A stretch of 64,000 nucleotides of DNA from Basidiobolus meristosporus CBS 931.73 (lineage: Eukaryota > Fungi > Basidiobolomycota): the NCBI GenBank assembly GCA_002104905.1, contig MCFE01000007.1, positions 124,001-188,000 on the forward strand, read 5' to 3'. The notes beneath the pieces are model-generated. The model searched no databases. It was not told the DNA's origin and was given only the letters and a program-made list of their open reading frames with translations. Shown here one piece after another: positions 1 to 12,629 of this stretch. The first letter of the stretch is position 1, and the number at the start of each line of letters is the position of its first letter. Position numbers and translations under genes: made by a program.

Positions 1-330
1 GAGTGTAGCTCAACTGGCTGCACTTCCAACTCTTGTGAAAACAGCTGTTTTCATGTTGGTAATTTTTCTTTGCAATGATGGGATCCAGTATGATTTGGGC
101 ATGCGGTGCTAATTGGCAAGAACTGCAGTTTTTTTTGCATGGCTCCCTGTCTCAGGCTTGGGTAGACATTTTTCTCTATATCTTGTCCTTTGTCACTGCA
201 GGGTCTTTCACTGCTACTTTATCTAATTGCTTCTTGTAGTGAGCTTTGTCTTTGCATTGATAAATTCTGCTCTGAAACATCTTTTTTGGTCCACTTGTCC
301 CTGGCTGGCACTCTGCTGCCAATCTGCTGC
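1..330 (-). mobile_element. Fragment of CACTA/CMC element copy 1 (accessory-ORF region); continues beyond the left window edge
   Basis: Bases 1-330 align with ~10795-11150, inside CACTA copy 2 (gagtgtagctcaact...cttccaactcttgtgaaa). Confidence 0.8.
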
Positions 331-338
331 TGTAGTGG

Positions 339-706
339 TATTACAAGTCTTGGTATAAGAGTTGTAGAGGAATAGGGAGTTTAGCTAGTATTGTATTCAC
401 TAAAACTTGAACTGATTTTTATTGAGGTTCCAGCAGCTCCTTATATACATTTTGTCAGATCAATTGCTGACTAATTGTATTTCCTAATGTAGGTTGTGGC
501 TGATTACTCATTTGATTGCACCATCCTCACCCAATAAGATCCTACTTAATATATCTATTTCTGTCTGATAAGGATCTGCTGATTCATTTGCTGACTAATG
601 CTACTGATTTTATAGATAATACTGATATAGTGATAACCTAAACATATACTAATTGATTTGACTAAAAACTGATCTAACTTAAACATTCAAGCGGCAGATC
701 ATAACA
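339..706 (-). repeat. Gypsy 3' LTR
   Basis: Direct repeat of 4906-5272; on the minus strand it begins TGTTATGATC right after the PPT. Confidence 0.93.
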
Positions 707-716
707 TTCTCCCCTA

Positions 717-3700
717 CTAAAGTTGAGAGGGTTCTCCTGAATCTCTTTTCTTGTGATACCAATATCTTGATGGTTCAGTATTATCAGCAAGTCTTGCAAG
801 CTTGAGTCTGTCCCTATGCACTAAGTCTTCCCTGATATTGCCTTGTTTGTCCACTATTTGGTAAGTTGCAAATGGACATTCTCTGATGATCCTGAATGGT
901 CCCGTCCATTGTGGCTCAAACTTCTTCCAAGTGTTGTTTCTTAGCAATACAAAGTTCCCTACTGTCAATGCTTCTGGTGCTATAGTCTTATCAAATCTCT
1001 GCTTCATCTTTTCTGCACTTGGAGATACTTTGGCTTGTGCCTCTTGATGTCTTTGTTTGAGTTGCTGGTGTCTGCTTGGCTGACTGAGTTTATCTTCTAC
1101 GGTATCTGTAAGCTTTTATTGTGTGAGATCTCCTGGAATCCTTGGTTCACACCCATACACTAGGTAAAATGGTGATTGCTGGGTGGTGTTGTGTACTCTG
1201 ACTCTGCATGCAAAGAGTGCTTGGTCTATATACTCATCCCATCTACTGACGACTCCATTTGCATACTTGGTCAGCATTTTTCCAAATAATCCATTAAACC
1301 GCTCAGTGACTCCATTAGTTCTGGGGTGATATGCCCAGGTTTTCAAGTGTCTGATCTGCTGCATTTCCAGGTAAGTCTCTAATGTCTTTGCCATAAAGTT
1401 TGCACCTCTATTGGATAAGATCTCCAAAGGGTATACAAACTGCATCAGGATCTCATGGTAAATGAAACTTGCAACTTCTTGTTCACTGGCTATAGGTACA
1501 GCTTTAGCAACTGGCCATTTAGTGGCATGGTCAATTGCTACTAGGATCCAACAGTTGCATTTCCTGGCAGTTGGCAGTCTTCCAATAAAGTCAATTCCCC
1601 ATCTCTCAGATGGTCTTACAGGCTCCAAAGGGAAGAGTTTGGCAATTCTTTGTTGCTGGCCTTGATTGATTTGGCAGTTTGGGCATGTTTTCACTAGCTT
1701 CTCAATATCTTGTTTCATTCTGGGCCACCATGCTCTGGCTTTCACAGGCAATAGGTTCCTTCAATTCCAAGATGTCCATATCCATTGTGTAGCTTATGTA
1801 TTAAATCCAGGCAAGCAACATAAGGACAATAGGCAATAGGGCTTCCATCAACAATTTGGTAGAGTGTTTCATCCTGTACAACAAATTTGCTGGCTTCATC
1901 CTGGATTATCTTCTTGATATCTTCATCCACCTCATTAGGAATGGCTTGGTCCTCCAAGTACTTTGGTAATAGGCTAGGCCAATCTGATTCATGCACCAAG
2001 TTGAGTTGTGCAACTTGATCTAATCTTGATAAGGCATCAGCAACCATGTTGTTTTATCCAGGGCAGTAGACAATCTCCAGGTCAAATTGCTGAATGTATT
2101 CACTCCATCTTGTCATTCTTCTAGAGGGTACCTTCTGAGTAAATATATACTTGAGGGAGGCATGATCAGTCTTCACAGTGCATTTAACTCCTTCAATATA
2201 GCATCTCCATGTCTTCAAACAGTGTATTATAGCAAGCATCTCCTTCTCATGGACTGGATAGTTTTGTTCTGCTGAGTTCAGTTTCTTGGATTCAAAGGCA
2301 ACTGGGTAGTCCTTTCCCTTGTGTTCTTGGCTCAGCACTCCACCAATTGCATAATCTGAAGCATCTGTGCACAGAGTGTACTCTTTTCTGAACTCTGGTA
2401 TTCTTAAGCTTGGCAGCTTAGCAAGTTCATTCTTGAGCGTCTGGAAGGCAGTCTCACAAGCTATGTCCCACTTGTAGGCATTGTCTTTCTTGAGGATATC
2501 AGTTAAAGGGTCTGCAATACTTGCAAAAGACTTGACAAATCTCTGATAATAGGAATCCATTCCAAGGAATGATCTGAGTTCTGATATGCTATGGGGCTGC
2601 TTCAAATCTTGATTACTTCCACCTTCTTGGGGTCTAAGGTTACTCCTGTGCTAGTCACTATGTGTTGCAGATATTCTACGTGTTCCTTGAAAAATTCACA
2701 CTTGGGTAGCTTGCCATAGAGCTAGTTCTCTCTTAGCTTCTTCAAGACCTTTTCAATGTGCACCAAGGGATCCTCTTCTGTCTTGCTGTATGTCAGTATA
2801 GCATCTAGGTAGATTATGACAAACTTGTCTAAGTACTCCTGGAAGACAGTCTGCATCAGGGTCATGAAAGTTGCAGGGGCATTGGTGAGGCCAAAACTCA
2901 TGACTAAGTACTTGTAATGTCCATATCTGGTCCTGAATGCTGTCTTAGGGATGTTTCCTGGCTTCACCCTAATCTGGTTGTATCCTGACATGAGGTCAAT
3001 CTTGCTGAAAATAGTGGCTCCATTAAGTTGGTCCAAAAGCTCATCAATCCATGGTATGGGGTACTTATTCTTGACAGTAACTGAGCTCAGGGCTCTGTAG
3101 TCAATGCACATCCTAAGTGTTCCATCCTTCTTTTTCACAAAAAGCACTGGTGCTCCCCAGGGTGACTTGCTGGGCCTGATGTATCCTTGCTCCAATAGCT
3201 GATCAATTTATCTCTTCATTTCCTCCAATTCCAATGGACTCATTCTGTAAGGTGTCTTGCTCACTGGAGGGTTATCTCCTGTGTCAATGGCATGATCCAC
3301 ATCTCTGACTGGTGGTAGGCTTATAAGCTCATCTGGAAACATGTCCAAATATTTCTTCAAGAGAGTCTGGACCTGCTGGGGTGCTGGTGTAGTGGAATCC
3401 TCCTGTAATACAGCCAGGAGGAACATCTGGGTACCTTTTCTAAGTGCTCTACAGAACTGGGTCTTGCTAAGTTCACTTGTCTCACACATACCGGAATTGA
3501 CCAAGTTGAAATCCAGCCTGGCAGGTAATAGTGCATAGGTCTTGTTTTCTTTTTGGATCTGAGTAGCATGGGTTCTCCAGTTGATTGATGGATTACAACA
3601 AAATAGCCAGGTTTTCCAAGCACAAGGTCAAACTTGCAGTTCCCAAATATATAAGCCTGTAAGTCTTCTTCAGAGTCATTGATCTTCATTCTTACTGGCT

Positions 3701-4905
3701 GGGTAATACAGCTGATTATGTGAGAGTTCCCATCAGCTGTGGAGTCTGAAGTTGATTTGGTAGGTTCTGAGTTGATTCCAGCTTTCAAGGCAAATTGCTC
3801 CAACATGTACTCATGCAATGCACCTGAGTCAATCATGATCTTGGCAGGTACTCCATTGATTACTCCATTCAAGTACAATAACTTCCCTGAGTTTGAGGTC
3901 ATTTGGGGCAAGTACTCCTCTGTCATATGGAAGGTGAGTTCCGAGTCTTCTTCAAGCTCATCTTCCACATTACTGTGTTCATGGGACTCAATATGGTTGA
4001 AGGTACTTGTTGGCTGGTGTCCATTTCTTCTCTGAGGGCAGTACTTTGCAATATGTCCTTGCTGGTGGCAATTGAAGCAAAGTCCTTTCTTCTTACATTC
4101 TTCTGAGGTAGGATTCTTCTGCATAGCATCTATTTCCATTGGTACTGCTTCTGATTGTCTTCTTTCATAATGATTGTAGCCTTTCTGATTAGTCACTGTA
4201 GGCTTCCCAACTCCAAACATAGCTGAGTCATAGTCAATGGCAATCTTGATGGCTTCTTCAATAGTCTGAGGTCTTTGGTAACTCACTTCCTTGCAAGTTC
4301 TTTCTTTCAACCCATCAATAAAGTATTCAACTTGATCCAAGGGGTCCAATCTTTCAATTTGTCCAAGTATACATCTGTACTCATAGATGTATTCTTGCAC
4401 CATTCCTTTCTGTCTGAGTGTCTTTAACTTCCTTCTTAGTAGTGTCTGCTGGTGTGGAGGTTCAAAAGCATCCTGAATTTTGGACACAAACTCATCACAG
4501 GTAGAGATTGTAGAGTAGCCCATCATAGTGGCCAACCTGATCTTGCTGTGGTACCCCTGTAAAGCTGCATCTGCCAGGTAAGAAGCTGCATAATGCAACT
4601 TGCTTTCTGGAGCAATTCCTTTAGCTTTAAAAGCTTCTTCAATCTGAAAGAGCCAAGTTCCCAGGTTTTCATTGACTCTGCCATGGTACCAGTTGACCTT
4701 CACACTAAAGTTGCTGTTAACAGGGCTTTGCTGGTTCTGAGCCGTGGTAGTCATTCCTTGTTGCTGTTGGCTGAGGATCTGGAGTAACTGTCACTGTTGG
4801 GCCAGGATTTGCTGCATGGCATTCTTCCATTCTTGATTGTCCAACATCTTGAGGGTGGTTTCTTCTTTCTTCAGGAGGGAGGTTTCTGGTTATTGCTGCT
4901 ACCAA
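717..4905 (-). pseudogene. Gypsy gag-pol broken by frameshifts and stops
   Basis: Capsid-like region, CCHC knuckle CFNCHQQGHIAKYC, protease IDSGA, RT ([16 protein letters not shown] for YxDD), RNase H (TDASDYAIGGVL, HEKEMLA) and integrase (WGIDFIG, YHPRTNGVTERFN). No chromodomain is visible before the PPT. Confidence 0.93.
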
Positions 4906-5272
4906 AGTTACAAGTCTTGGTGTAAGAGTTGTAGAGGAATAGGGAGTTTAGCTAGTAGTGTATTCACTAAAACTTGAAATGATTTTTATTGAGGCCTAGC
5001 AGCTCCTTATATACATTTTGCCAGATCAATTGCTGACTAATTGTATTTCCTAATGTAGGTTGTGGCTTATTACTCATTTGATTGCATCATCCTCACCCAA
5101 TAAGATCCTACTTAATATATCTATTTCTGTCTGATAAGGATCTGCTGATTCATTTGCTGACTAATGCTACTGATTTCATAGATAATACTGATATACTGAT
5201 AACCTAAACATATACTAATTGATTTGACTAAAAACTGATCTAACTTAAACATTCAAGCAGCAGATCATAACA
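4906..5272 (-). repeat. Gypsy 5' LTR
   Basis: Direct repeat of 339-706; followed on the minus strand by the PBS. Confidence 0.93.
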
Positions 5273-5276
5273 GTGG

Positions 5277-6108
5277 GGTGAAAGTGACACCCACTGACAG
5301 ATATGCTCATTCCCATATTTTCTACTACCCTTGTATTACTTTTATCCCATTTGTGTTACTTGATCAACACTATCTCATAAGGCAGCTGACTATCACACCT
5401 GCTTACCTTATTACATAAAGCATCACTTACTTTATGTATTATTACTAGATGTAAGTGCTTCTATATTAGGCAGGTACATGTGTTGGTACCCATAGCACAT
5501 GACCAAACTGTGTCACCATCCCTACCATTTTCATGCTACACTTGGTATCCCTATGTTATGCAGGTTTCAAAATACTGATCCCTGATTGGTTGGGAGTGCT
5601 GTGCCTCTTAGAACCTTCTGGCACCTACTTAGAACATTCTTTGCTCATTCTGTTATCATTCAGAATTCTATTTGACTGCCATAACCTTCTGGAGCACCAT
5701 GATTGGTGATCACTTTGCCAGTGAGAAAAGTATATGAGGGGGCAATCCCTCAACAATGAGTCATTATCCCTTTTATCAATATGCCAACCTGTTAATTAAT
5801 GTGATCACTGCTACCTGCTGCTACCTGAACTTCCAATCCCAGACCACTAGACACTCCCAGGAAACCGCACTGACAGCCAACTGACCTTGGAGGCACTACT
5901 TGTGAGGAATATTCAGAGTAGGTATCTTTTATTACATTTGATGCTTTCCCAAATCTGTTCTTGTATAGGCAAAAATACTTCTCTGTCTTTGTAGCTATTC
6001 CCTATGACAAATATCAAACTTGGAATTCATTTGATTTTTAGCTAGTATTCTGCTGGTGTTCTGATGCTATTTTACTGATGTTCAGCTAGTATTTTGGGTT
6101 CAAAATTT
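5277..6108. mobile_element. Unassigned ~830-bp insert in CACTA copy 1, possibly a solo LTR split by the Gypsy
   Basis: Absent from CACTA copy 2 and CpG-depleted. Removing the Gypsy restores TGTAGTGGGGTGAAAG (from 331), and a TTACA candidate end lies at 5932-5936. No matching TSD was found. Confidence 0.4.
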
Positions 6109-7393
6109 AGAGCTTTTGTCCCTGCTTGTAGTGGGCTCTTAAGGAAGCCGCTGGTTTTTAGCCATGGCACCCTTGTTCTTCTGCCTCTGAGAGTTTCTGC
6201 AATTCTTAAATCCCTTTCTTAGCATACCAAGGCTGGCCTAAGATCTATTTGCCCATTTGAATCCAGGATAATGCTCATTGAATAAGTCAAGGCATTCTGC
6301 TTGACCTTGATTCCTGATGGTCCCATGATATGCTGGTCTTAAGGTGATGGTGTGCTGGACTTCTGATGGACACTTGAACATTAGCCCACTCTTCATTGTT
6401 GCACTCAATTGCTTCACAGAACTTTAATGCTTTGTGATTTTTGGCTGCAGTATAAACACCACATTGTCTCCCTCCCACACTGTGATAGGTTTTTCTGTGG
6501 GCTATATCTTTGGGCACTGTTGTTGTGCTTTAAAGACTGTACGGTGTTCCTCTGCTATTACATCTGGAAGTGGCTCAACTCTTGGTTGTGACATTAAGCA
6601 ACCTGAGTTCCTTCTTTGCAGCAAAGATACTGCTTTCTCTACCTGGTATATTGATTGCTCTACACATATTTTCCACTCATCTTGTTTCTAGACTATTTCC
6701 TGCTATCTCTGAGCCATTGCATCTATCCTATCAGACACTGCACCTAATTGCTTCATTAATGCTTTGGTATGTGCTGACAATATACTTGCCAATATGGGTG
6801 GTGGTGATGTTATGACAGCTACTTGCTGGTCCTCAACTGAGGTTACTGTGTTTCCTATATTCTCATCTGCCTGAGCGTAACAGTCAGCTTGTGGCTCTGC
6901 AGAGGTTCACTATTATCTACTTGACTGAGAGCCTGAGGAGTCCGCATTATTACCTTCAGTGGGCACACTGTTAACATTGCCTTTTTTGGATGTGGCCCTG
7001 CTTGTTGCACCACATGTCAAAGCAAGCTGTTGTCCATCTGTTTTTCTGCTACTGTCAACAGTGGGGTTTGGCTAGGAACCAGACAATTTTGCTTTGTTTT
7101 TTGGTGGCATATATATGGAAGTGTGTCAAACCAAAGGGGAAATAGTGCTACATATTTATGTGTATGTGGTGTCACAACTTTATATGTAGTGCCTACCATA
7201 GCAGGTCATCATTGAATCTGACATTCATGTAGCAGCAATGTCTCATATACCAGACTGTCTTAAATTCACATGCACATTGACCAAAAAGTGTAAGAATAGC
7301 TTTACATTGTTGAAGGTCAAACTGTTTGATCCATGGACAAGACCACTATGATCCAACGCCATAAGAGAAGATAAAAAAGACCATGTGGCTATT

Positions 7394-7604
7394 AGACTTG
7401 TTTCATTGTGCCAATGATCATAGTGCCAGACAGTGTTGTATATTTTGTTATTAATTTGATATTTTAGGGTCATATGCATATCAATTTTGATCCCAAATTG
7501 GTACTGTATGGCACCATCTGGCACTCTGTGGCATGATCAGGCATCATCTGGCATACTATGGCACTATTGGACACTATGATCAGCTGAAATGATGGAACAA
7601 GTCT
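7394..7604. mobile_element. 211-bp MITE derived from the PHIS element at 14328-18355
   Basis: Termini AGACTTGTTT...GGAACAAGTCT, flanked by ATT (7391-7393) and ACT (7605-7607). The empty site is visible in copy 2 at ~12630-12645. Carries the same TGGCAC/TGGCAT subterminal repeats as the parent. Confidence 0.9.
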
Positions 7605-7609
7605 ACTGT

Positions 7610-9950
7610 AGCAATCCTCTCAGCCATGAAGCACAAAGACAGCATAAGAAGTACTACAAGAATCATGGCCTGTATTTTGCCATACAAGTCATATTTGACC
7701 ATTGATTAGTTGCTACCATACCAACATTATCTTGCTAGCCAGTTGATACTTTCATATTGTCACCTTGTGCAAACTGAGTCAGGTGAAGTTGTAATGCCTT
7801 TAGGCTTGCCTCAGCCTTCTGAATATGACATGCAGAGTGATAGCTCTGACAACTAAGGTTCACTGATGGATTTTGAGCCTATCTCCCCTAACAGCAATAC
7901 CACATATGAGCCCTGGTAAGTCCCAATATATAATGAGACAACACCAGTTGGAACAAATGCCAAGGATACTCTATGGAGCCAAGTGAGCTCAGTAATCCAT
8001 CTACTGGTGAATGATGTAATAATGTGGCTAGAGATGTGGCATGTTTCCACAAATATCAGTAATGGGGGCTTTGATGATTAATTACTACCTGTTGACAAGA
8101 TCATTCTGGGATGCAACTTACCATGTGCATTGTACAAGTGGACAACCATCATGCAGCTAGTAACATTTGTTCCAGAGGCTGTCCTGATTCCAGTATATGC
8201 TCACAGTTGCATGGAATTCACATCCAAAATTGCTACCATTACAACATGTCTATATTGTCAGGAATCCACCACCAATGAGGCAAAGCATTGTTCACACTCC
8301 AGATATATTCTGGTAATATCCTGTCTAAAGAAGCTGATACAGGCCAACAAATATTGCATAGCTATAAAGTACCACACTCAGTATCAGTCAAGTACAAACA
8401 CAACCAATTTATTTGATCGCAAATATTACAAACAGCTAAGAAGCAAGGGCTACTTTGAAGGTGTGTATGATCATTCCTTTTCTTTAGCACTTAATGGATT
8501 CTGATCAAGCAAGTACTCTACCAGCAAATCTTGCCGGCCACTGATTTTGACCAATCTGGATCTGCCACCCTTCTTACAGTATCAGAGCAATAATCTGATG
8601 GTAGTCTCACTGGTATATGGGTCTGTATCACCATCCAACCTGGATAGCTACCTGTATTCATTGCTGGATGAATTCTTATGCTTTCCAGGGGGATGACAGT
8701 AAATGGCTATCATGTCAAAGCTCATATTATTATCTGCATTGGGAGATACCCCAGCCATCAGCAAGATAGCAGGTTTCTCCAGGCACAATGTATGGTATTG
8801 CTGTCAAATGTGTGAGATCCTGGGGATTTACTCCACAACTTGCATATTATTATTACCCAAACACCAGCACTAAGAACCTCATGTTCCCACAGAGAGAATG
8901 TACAGAGGTCAGCATGCAATTGCAGCAAAGTTGGCAAGCTATAAGCCATTGGCTGGAATATGGAATCAATTGGACACTGGAAATACTTAAGATTGAGGGT
9001 ATCTGTTGGAGCAAATGCTTTCCACTGTGAGCAATGCGTTTACTTTTCACCATATTCCTACACTGATGACCAAGTTGTACATGGGTCATTTCAAGCTAAT
9101 TGTGCCCTTCAAGATACTGTGGAAATTAGAAAGAATTGGCAGGATACTACAGAGTATCCACCACCCTAAGCACTTCTCATGGGCTCCAATCTTTTTTCAT
9201 ATGCATATGCAACAATCCTAATACAAAAACTGGATGAACTGGATATGTATTTATTCAAGTGGCATTCTGAAGCCATTCCTTCCAGGTGTACATTGGAAGC
9301 ATTGGGAGTCATATGTGGACATAGTGGAATATTTATCCAGAAGGTGATCACCAATGCCCACTTGATATATCTACAGCTGTTGTGCAAGGAGTTTGTGATG
9401 GGATCTGAGCAGCAATACTACAAACATAAAGCTGAATGTATAGATTTCTGCTGCTGCTTTATCTATTCCTTACTCCATCTTGCACAGTGTGTGGAGAATA
9501 TTGGCCTTGCTTCACCTTTTGGGAGCTCCCTATGCAGCAGATGTGTGGGGAGCTAGGAAAACAAGTCAATTTGCAGGTACTACCATATCCCAATCTCATC
9601 AAGAATATTACCTTCAACTCTGTCATGGATGTGATGAGTGCACATGGAGGACAGCAAAGAAGAGTTGGAAAATATTGAGTACAGATGTGCACATGGAGAC
9701 ACCTATGCCTATGGCATTAAGAAGCTAAGCATCCCCAATTTGCAGGTAATCAGTTAGGCAATCCAGAGTTGGGTTGGGTGCAACAAGCAACTAACTTTTA
9801 TTAGGAAAACACTACCAAGTTATGGTGGATTTCTCTTGGTCACAAGACAACTTCTACTCCATTCAATATAGAATTCACACAAACAAGTGCCAGAGTGCAC
9901 CTATAATAGGTACTAGAATCCAGCAGGGAGAAGGATTTTCTTGGCTCAAT
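7610..9950 (+). pseudogene. CACTA (EnSpm/Tnp2-like) transposase pseudogene, copy 1
   Basis: Fragments LFDRKYYKQL...LALNGF and GEYWPCFTFWELPMQQMCGELGKQV...PYPNLIKNI; many stops and frameshifts. The 5' limit is approximate. Confidence 0.85.
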
Positions 9951-10589
9951 ACCCCTATGAAAAATTATTGATATGATCCTGTCAAAAGGCTGTCACAAAG
10001 TTAAAGTCCCATAACTATGAGGCACTGACCCAGTCAGGACACCATCTAGAGACCATTGAAAAATAAATGCACCCCATATTTCACAAAAAACTTAGTCAAA
10101 ATATTTCATCACAACAATATATAAGTGGCTTTTGATTGGGTCCCTGCCAATTTGCTCACTTTCTGATCCCAGACACTCTGTTGCTTCCTACAATTGTGTG
10201 CATTGATTGGCTATTGCCTCTTTTTCACATTCCTTAGTTCCTGACTCAACTGTTTCTCTTACTTTTCATGCGTACAAATTGATTTATTTCTGTTAAAACT
10301 TCAGTTGTACCTCAATTGCCAATTGTATTGACCTATACAAGTCCCTACACCCTGCACTTACATTAAGCCCAACCCCACACTCAACAAGTAGCTCCATTGA
10401 AATCCACCACTCAATAAGTATTTCTGCAGTAACACTCTAGTTCCACAACTTTGGCAGGAACCCAATGGCATTATGCCACTGTTCATTCACTGGTTCCCAC
10501 ATGGCCTGGTCTTCACCTGGCACTGCAAGGTCTAGCACCTCATCTGCCAGTCTTTGCAATAAATCCTTGCAATATTCCAGTACATTTTC

Positions 10590-12350
10590 TTGAACACTCA
10601 CTTGAAGAAATACTGCAACCTCTTGGTGTGCCTATTAATGTTCCAAAATTCCACTGAAGGCTTTGTGATAGTCTTTCAAGCTCTCAACATTGTAGCCTTG
10701 TCTGTCAGTGGGAGCTCCCCTCTGTCAACAATGGAGGATGTGGAGGCTGTGGTAGACAAATTGCCTTGTTCAGCAAACTCATCTAACTTGGTGGAGTGTA
10801 GCTCAACTGTATGTGCTTCCAACTCTTGTGAAACCAGCTGTTTTCTTGTTGGGTAATTCTTCTTGGCTATGATGGAATGCAGTCTGTTCTAGGCTTGCAG
10901 CATTAATTGGCAAGAACTGCAGTTTTTTTGCATGCCTCCCTGTCTCAGGCTTGGGTAGACATTTTTCCCTTTACCTTTTCCTTTATTGCTGCCAGGTCTT
11001 TCACTGCTACTTTATCTGAGTGCCTCTTGTAAAGAACTGCATTTTCTTCTGGATAAAATCTGCTCTGACACATCTGTTTGGCCTGCTTCTCCCTTGCTGG
11101 CACTCTTCTGGTAACCTGACGTTTCTTTTCCACTTGTTTTGATCTCTCAACTGTAGTTGTGACAGGCTCCTGTAACAGCTGCTGGTTCTTATTACTGCCA
11201 GGTCCTTCACTGCTACTTTGCCTGGGTGCTTCTTGAGTGGTACTATGTTATTTCCTTGACAAGTGCTGTGCTTGTGCATCTGTGTCTGCCTGCTTGTCCC
11301 TAATTTGTACTCTTCCAGCTACCTGACATCTCTTTGATGCTTGTCTGGAGCCTTTGGCCCTGCTTGTAACAGGCTCTTGAGGAAGCCACTGGTTTTTAGC
11401 CATGGCACCCTTGTTCTTCTGCCTTTGATAGTTTCTGCTATTCTTAGGATATTTTCTTAGCTTACCAATGCTGGCCCAAAATCTGTTTGCCTGTTTGAAT
11501 CCAGGATTATGCTCATGGAACAAGTCAAGTTCATTCTGCATAGCCTTGAGTTCCTAATGGTACCATGGAATGCCGGCATTAAGGTGATGGTGTGCTAGAC
11601 TTCTGATGGCCTCTTGTATATTAGCCTGCTCTTTATTATTGCACCCAATGGCTTCACAGATCTTCAGTGTCTTTTGATATCAGGCTTTGGTATAAACACC
11701 ACATTGTCACCCTCCCACACTGTGATAGGTTTTTCTGTGGGCTTTATTTTTGAGCACTGCTGTTGTGCTTCAAAGACTGTAGAGTGTTCCTCTGCTGTTA
11801 CATCTGGAAATGGCTCAATTCTTGGCTGTGACACTGAGCTACTTGAGTTCCTTCTTTGCAGCAAAGATGCTGCTTTCTCTACCGGGGATATTGATTGCTC
11901 TACATGTATTATCTGTTCATCCTGTTTCTGGACTACTTCCTGATTTCTCTGGGCCTTTGCATCTATCCTATTAGCCACTGCACCTAATTGCTTCTTTAAT
12001 GCTTCAGTATGAGCTGACAACATACTTGCTAATATGAGTTGTGGTGATGTTATCATGGCCATTTGCTGATCTTAAACTGATGGTACTGCATTTGCCACAT
12101 TCTCATCTGCCTGAGCATAACAGTCAGCTTGTGGCTCTGCAGAGTCTCTCAATTGCATACTTGACTGAGAGCCTGAGGAGTCTGCATTATTACCTTCAAT
12201 GGGCATACTGTCCACAGGGCCTTTTTTTGATGTAGCCCTGCTTGTTGCACTGAATGTCAAAGCAAGCTGTTGTCCAACCGTTCTTCTGTTGCTGTTGGTG
12301 GTGGGGTTTGGTTGAGAACCAGGCAACTTTGCTTTATTTTTTGGTGGCAT
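10590..12350 (-). pseudogene. CACTA accessory ORF remnants (low-complexity/coiled-coil protein)
   Basis: Chain of minus-strand ORF fragments (MPPKNKAKLPGSQ..., ...LKKQLGAVANRIDAKAQRNQEV...) also present in copy 1; divergent from the transposase. The 3' limit is approximate. Confidence 0.6.
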
Positions 12351-12629
12351 ATATATGGAAGTGAGTCAAACCAAAGGGGAAATAGTGTTACATATACATG
12401 TGTATGTGGTGCCACAACTTTATTTATAATGCTTACTATGGCAGGTCATCATTGAATCTTACATCTATGTAGGTGCAATGTTTCAAATACAAGACTGTCT
12501 TGAGCTCACATGAGTATTGACCAAAAAGTGATATAATAGTGTTATGTTGTTGAAGGGCAAACTGTTTGCTCCATGTACAAGACTACTTTGACTCAATGCC
12601 GTAAGAGAAGAGAAGAGAAAAAAGACCAT

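Larger units (their letters stand above)
339..5272 (-). mobile_element. Full-length but degenerate Ty3/Gypsy LTR retrotransposon
   Basis: Two ~368-bp LTRs (339-706, 4906-5272), roughly 96% identical by manual alignment. PBS TGGTAGCAG (4895-4903) matches an initiator tRNA-Met 3' end. PPT AGGGGAGAA at 707-715. GTGG flanks both ends (335-338, 5273-5276). Domain order is gag-PR-RT-RNaseH-IN. Confidence 0.95.
6109..9952 (+). mobile_element. CACTA/CMC element copy 1 (internal part; right end deleted)
   Basis: Colinear with ~11349-14327 and ~18356-19030 of copy 2. Contains minus-strand accessory-ORF remnants and plus-strand transposase remnants. Confidence 0.88.
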
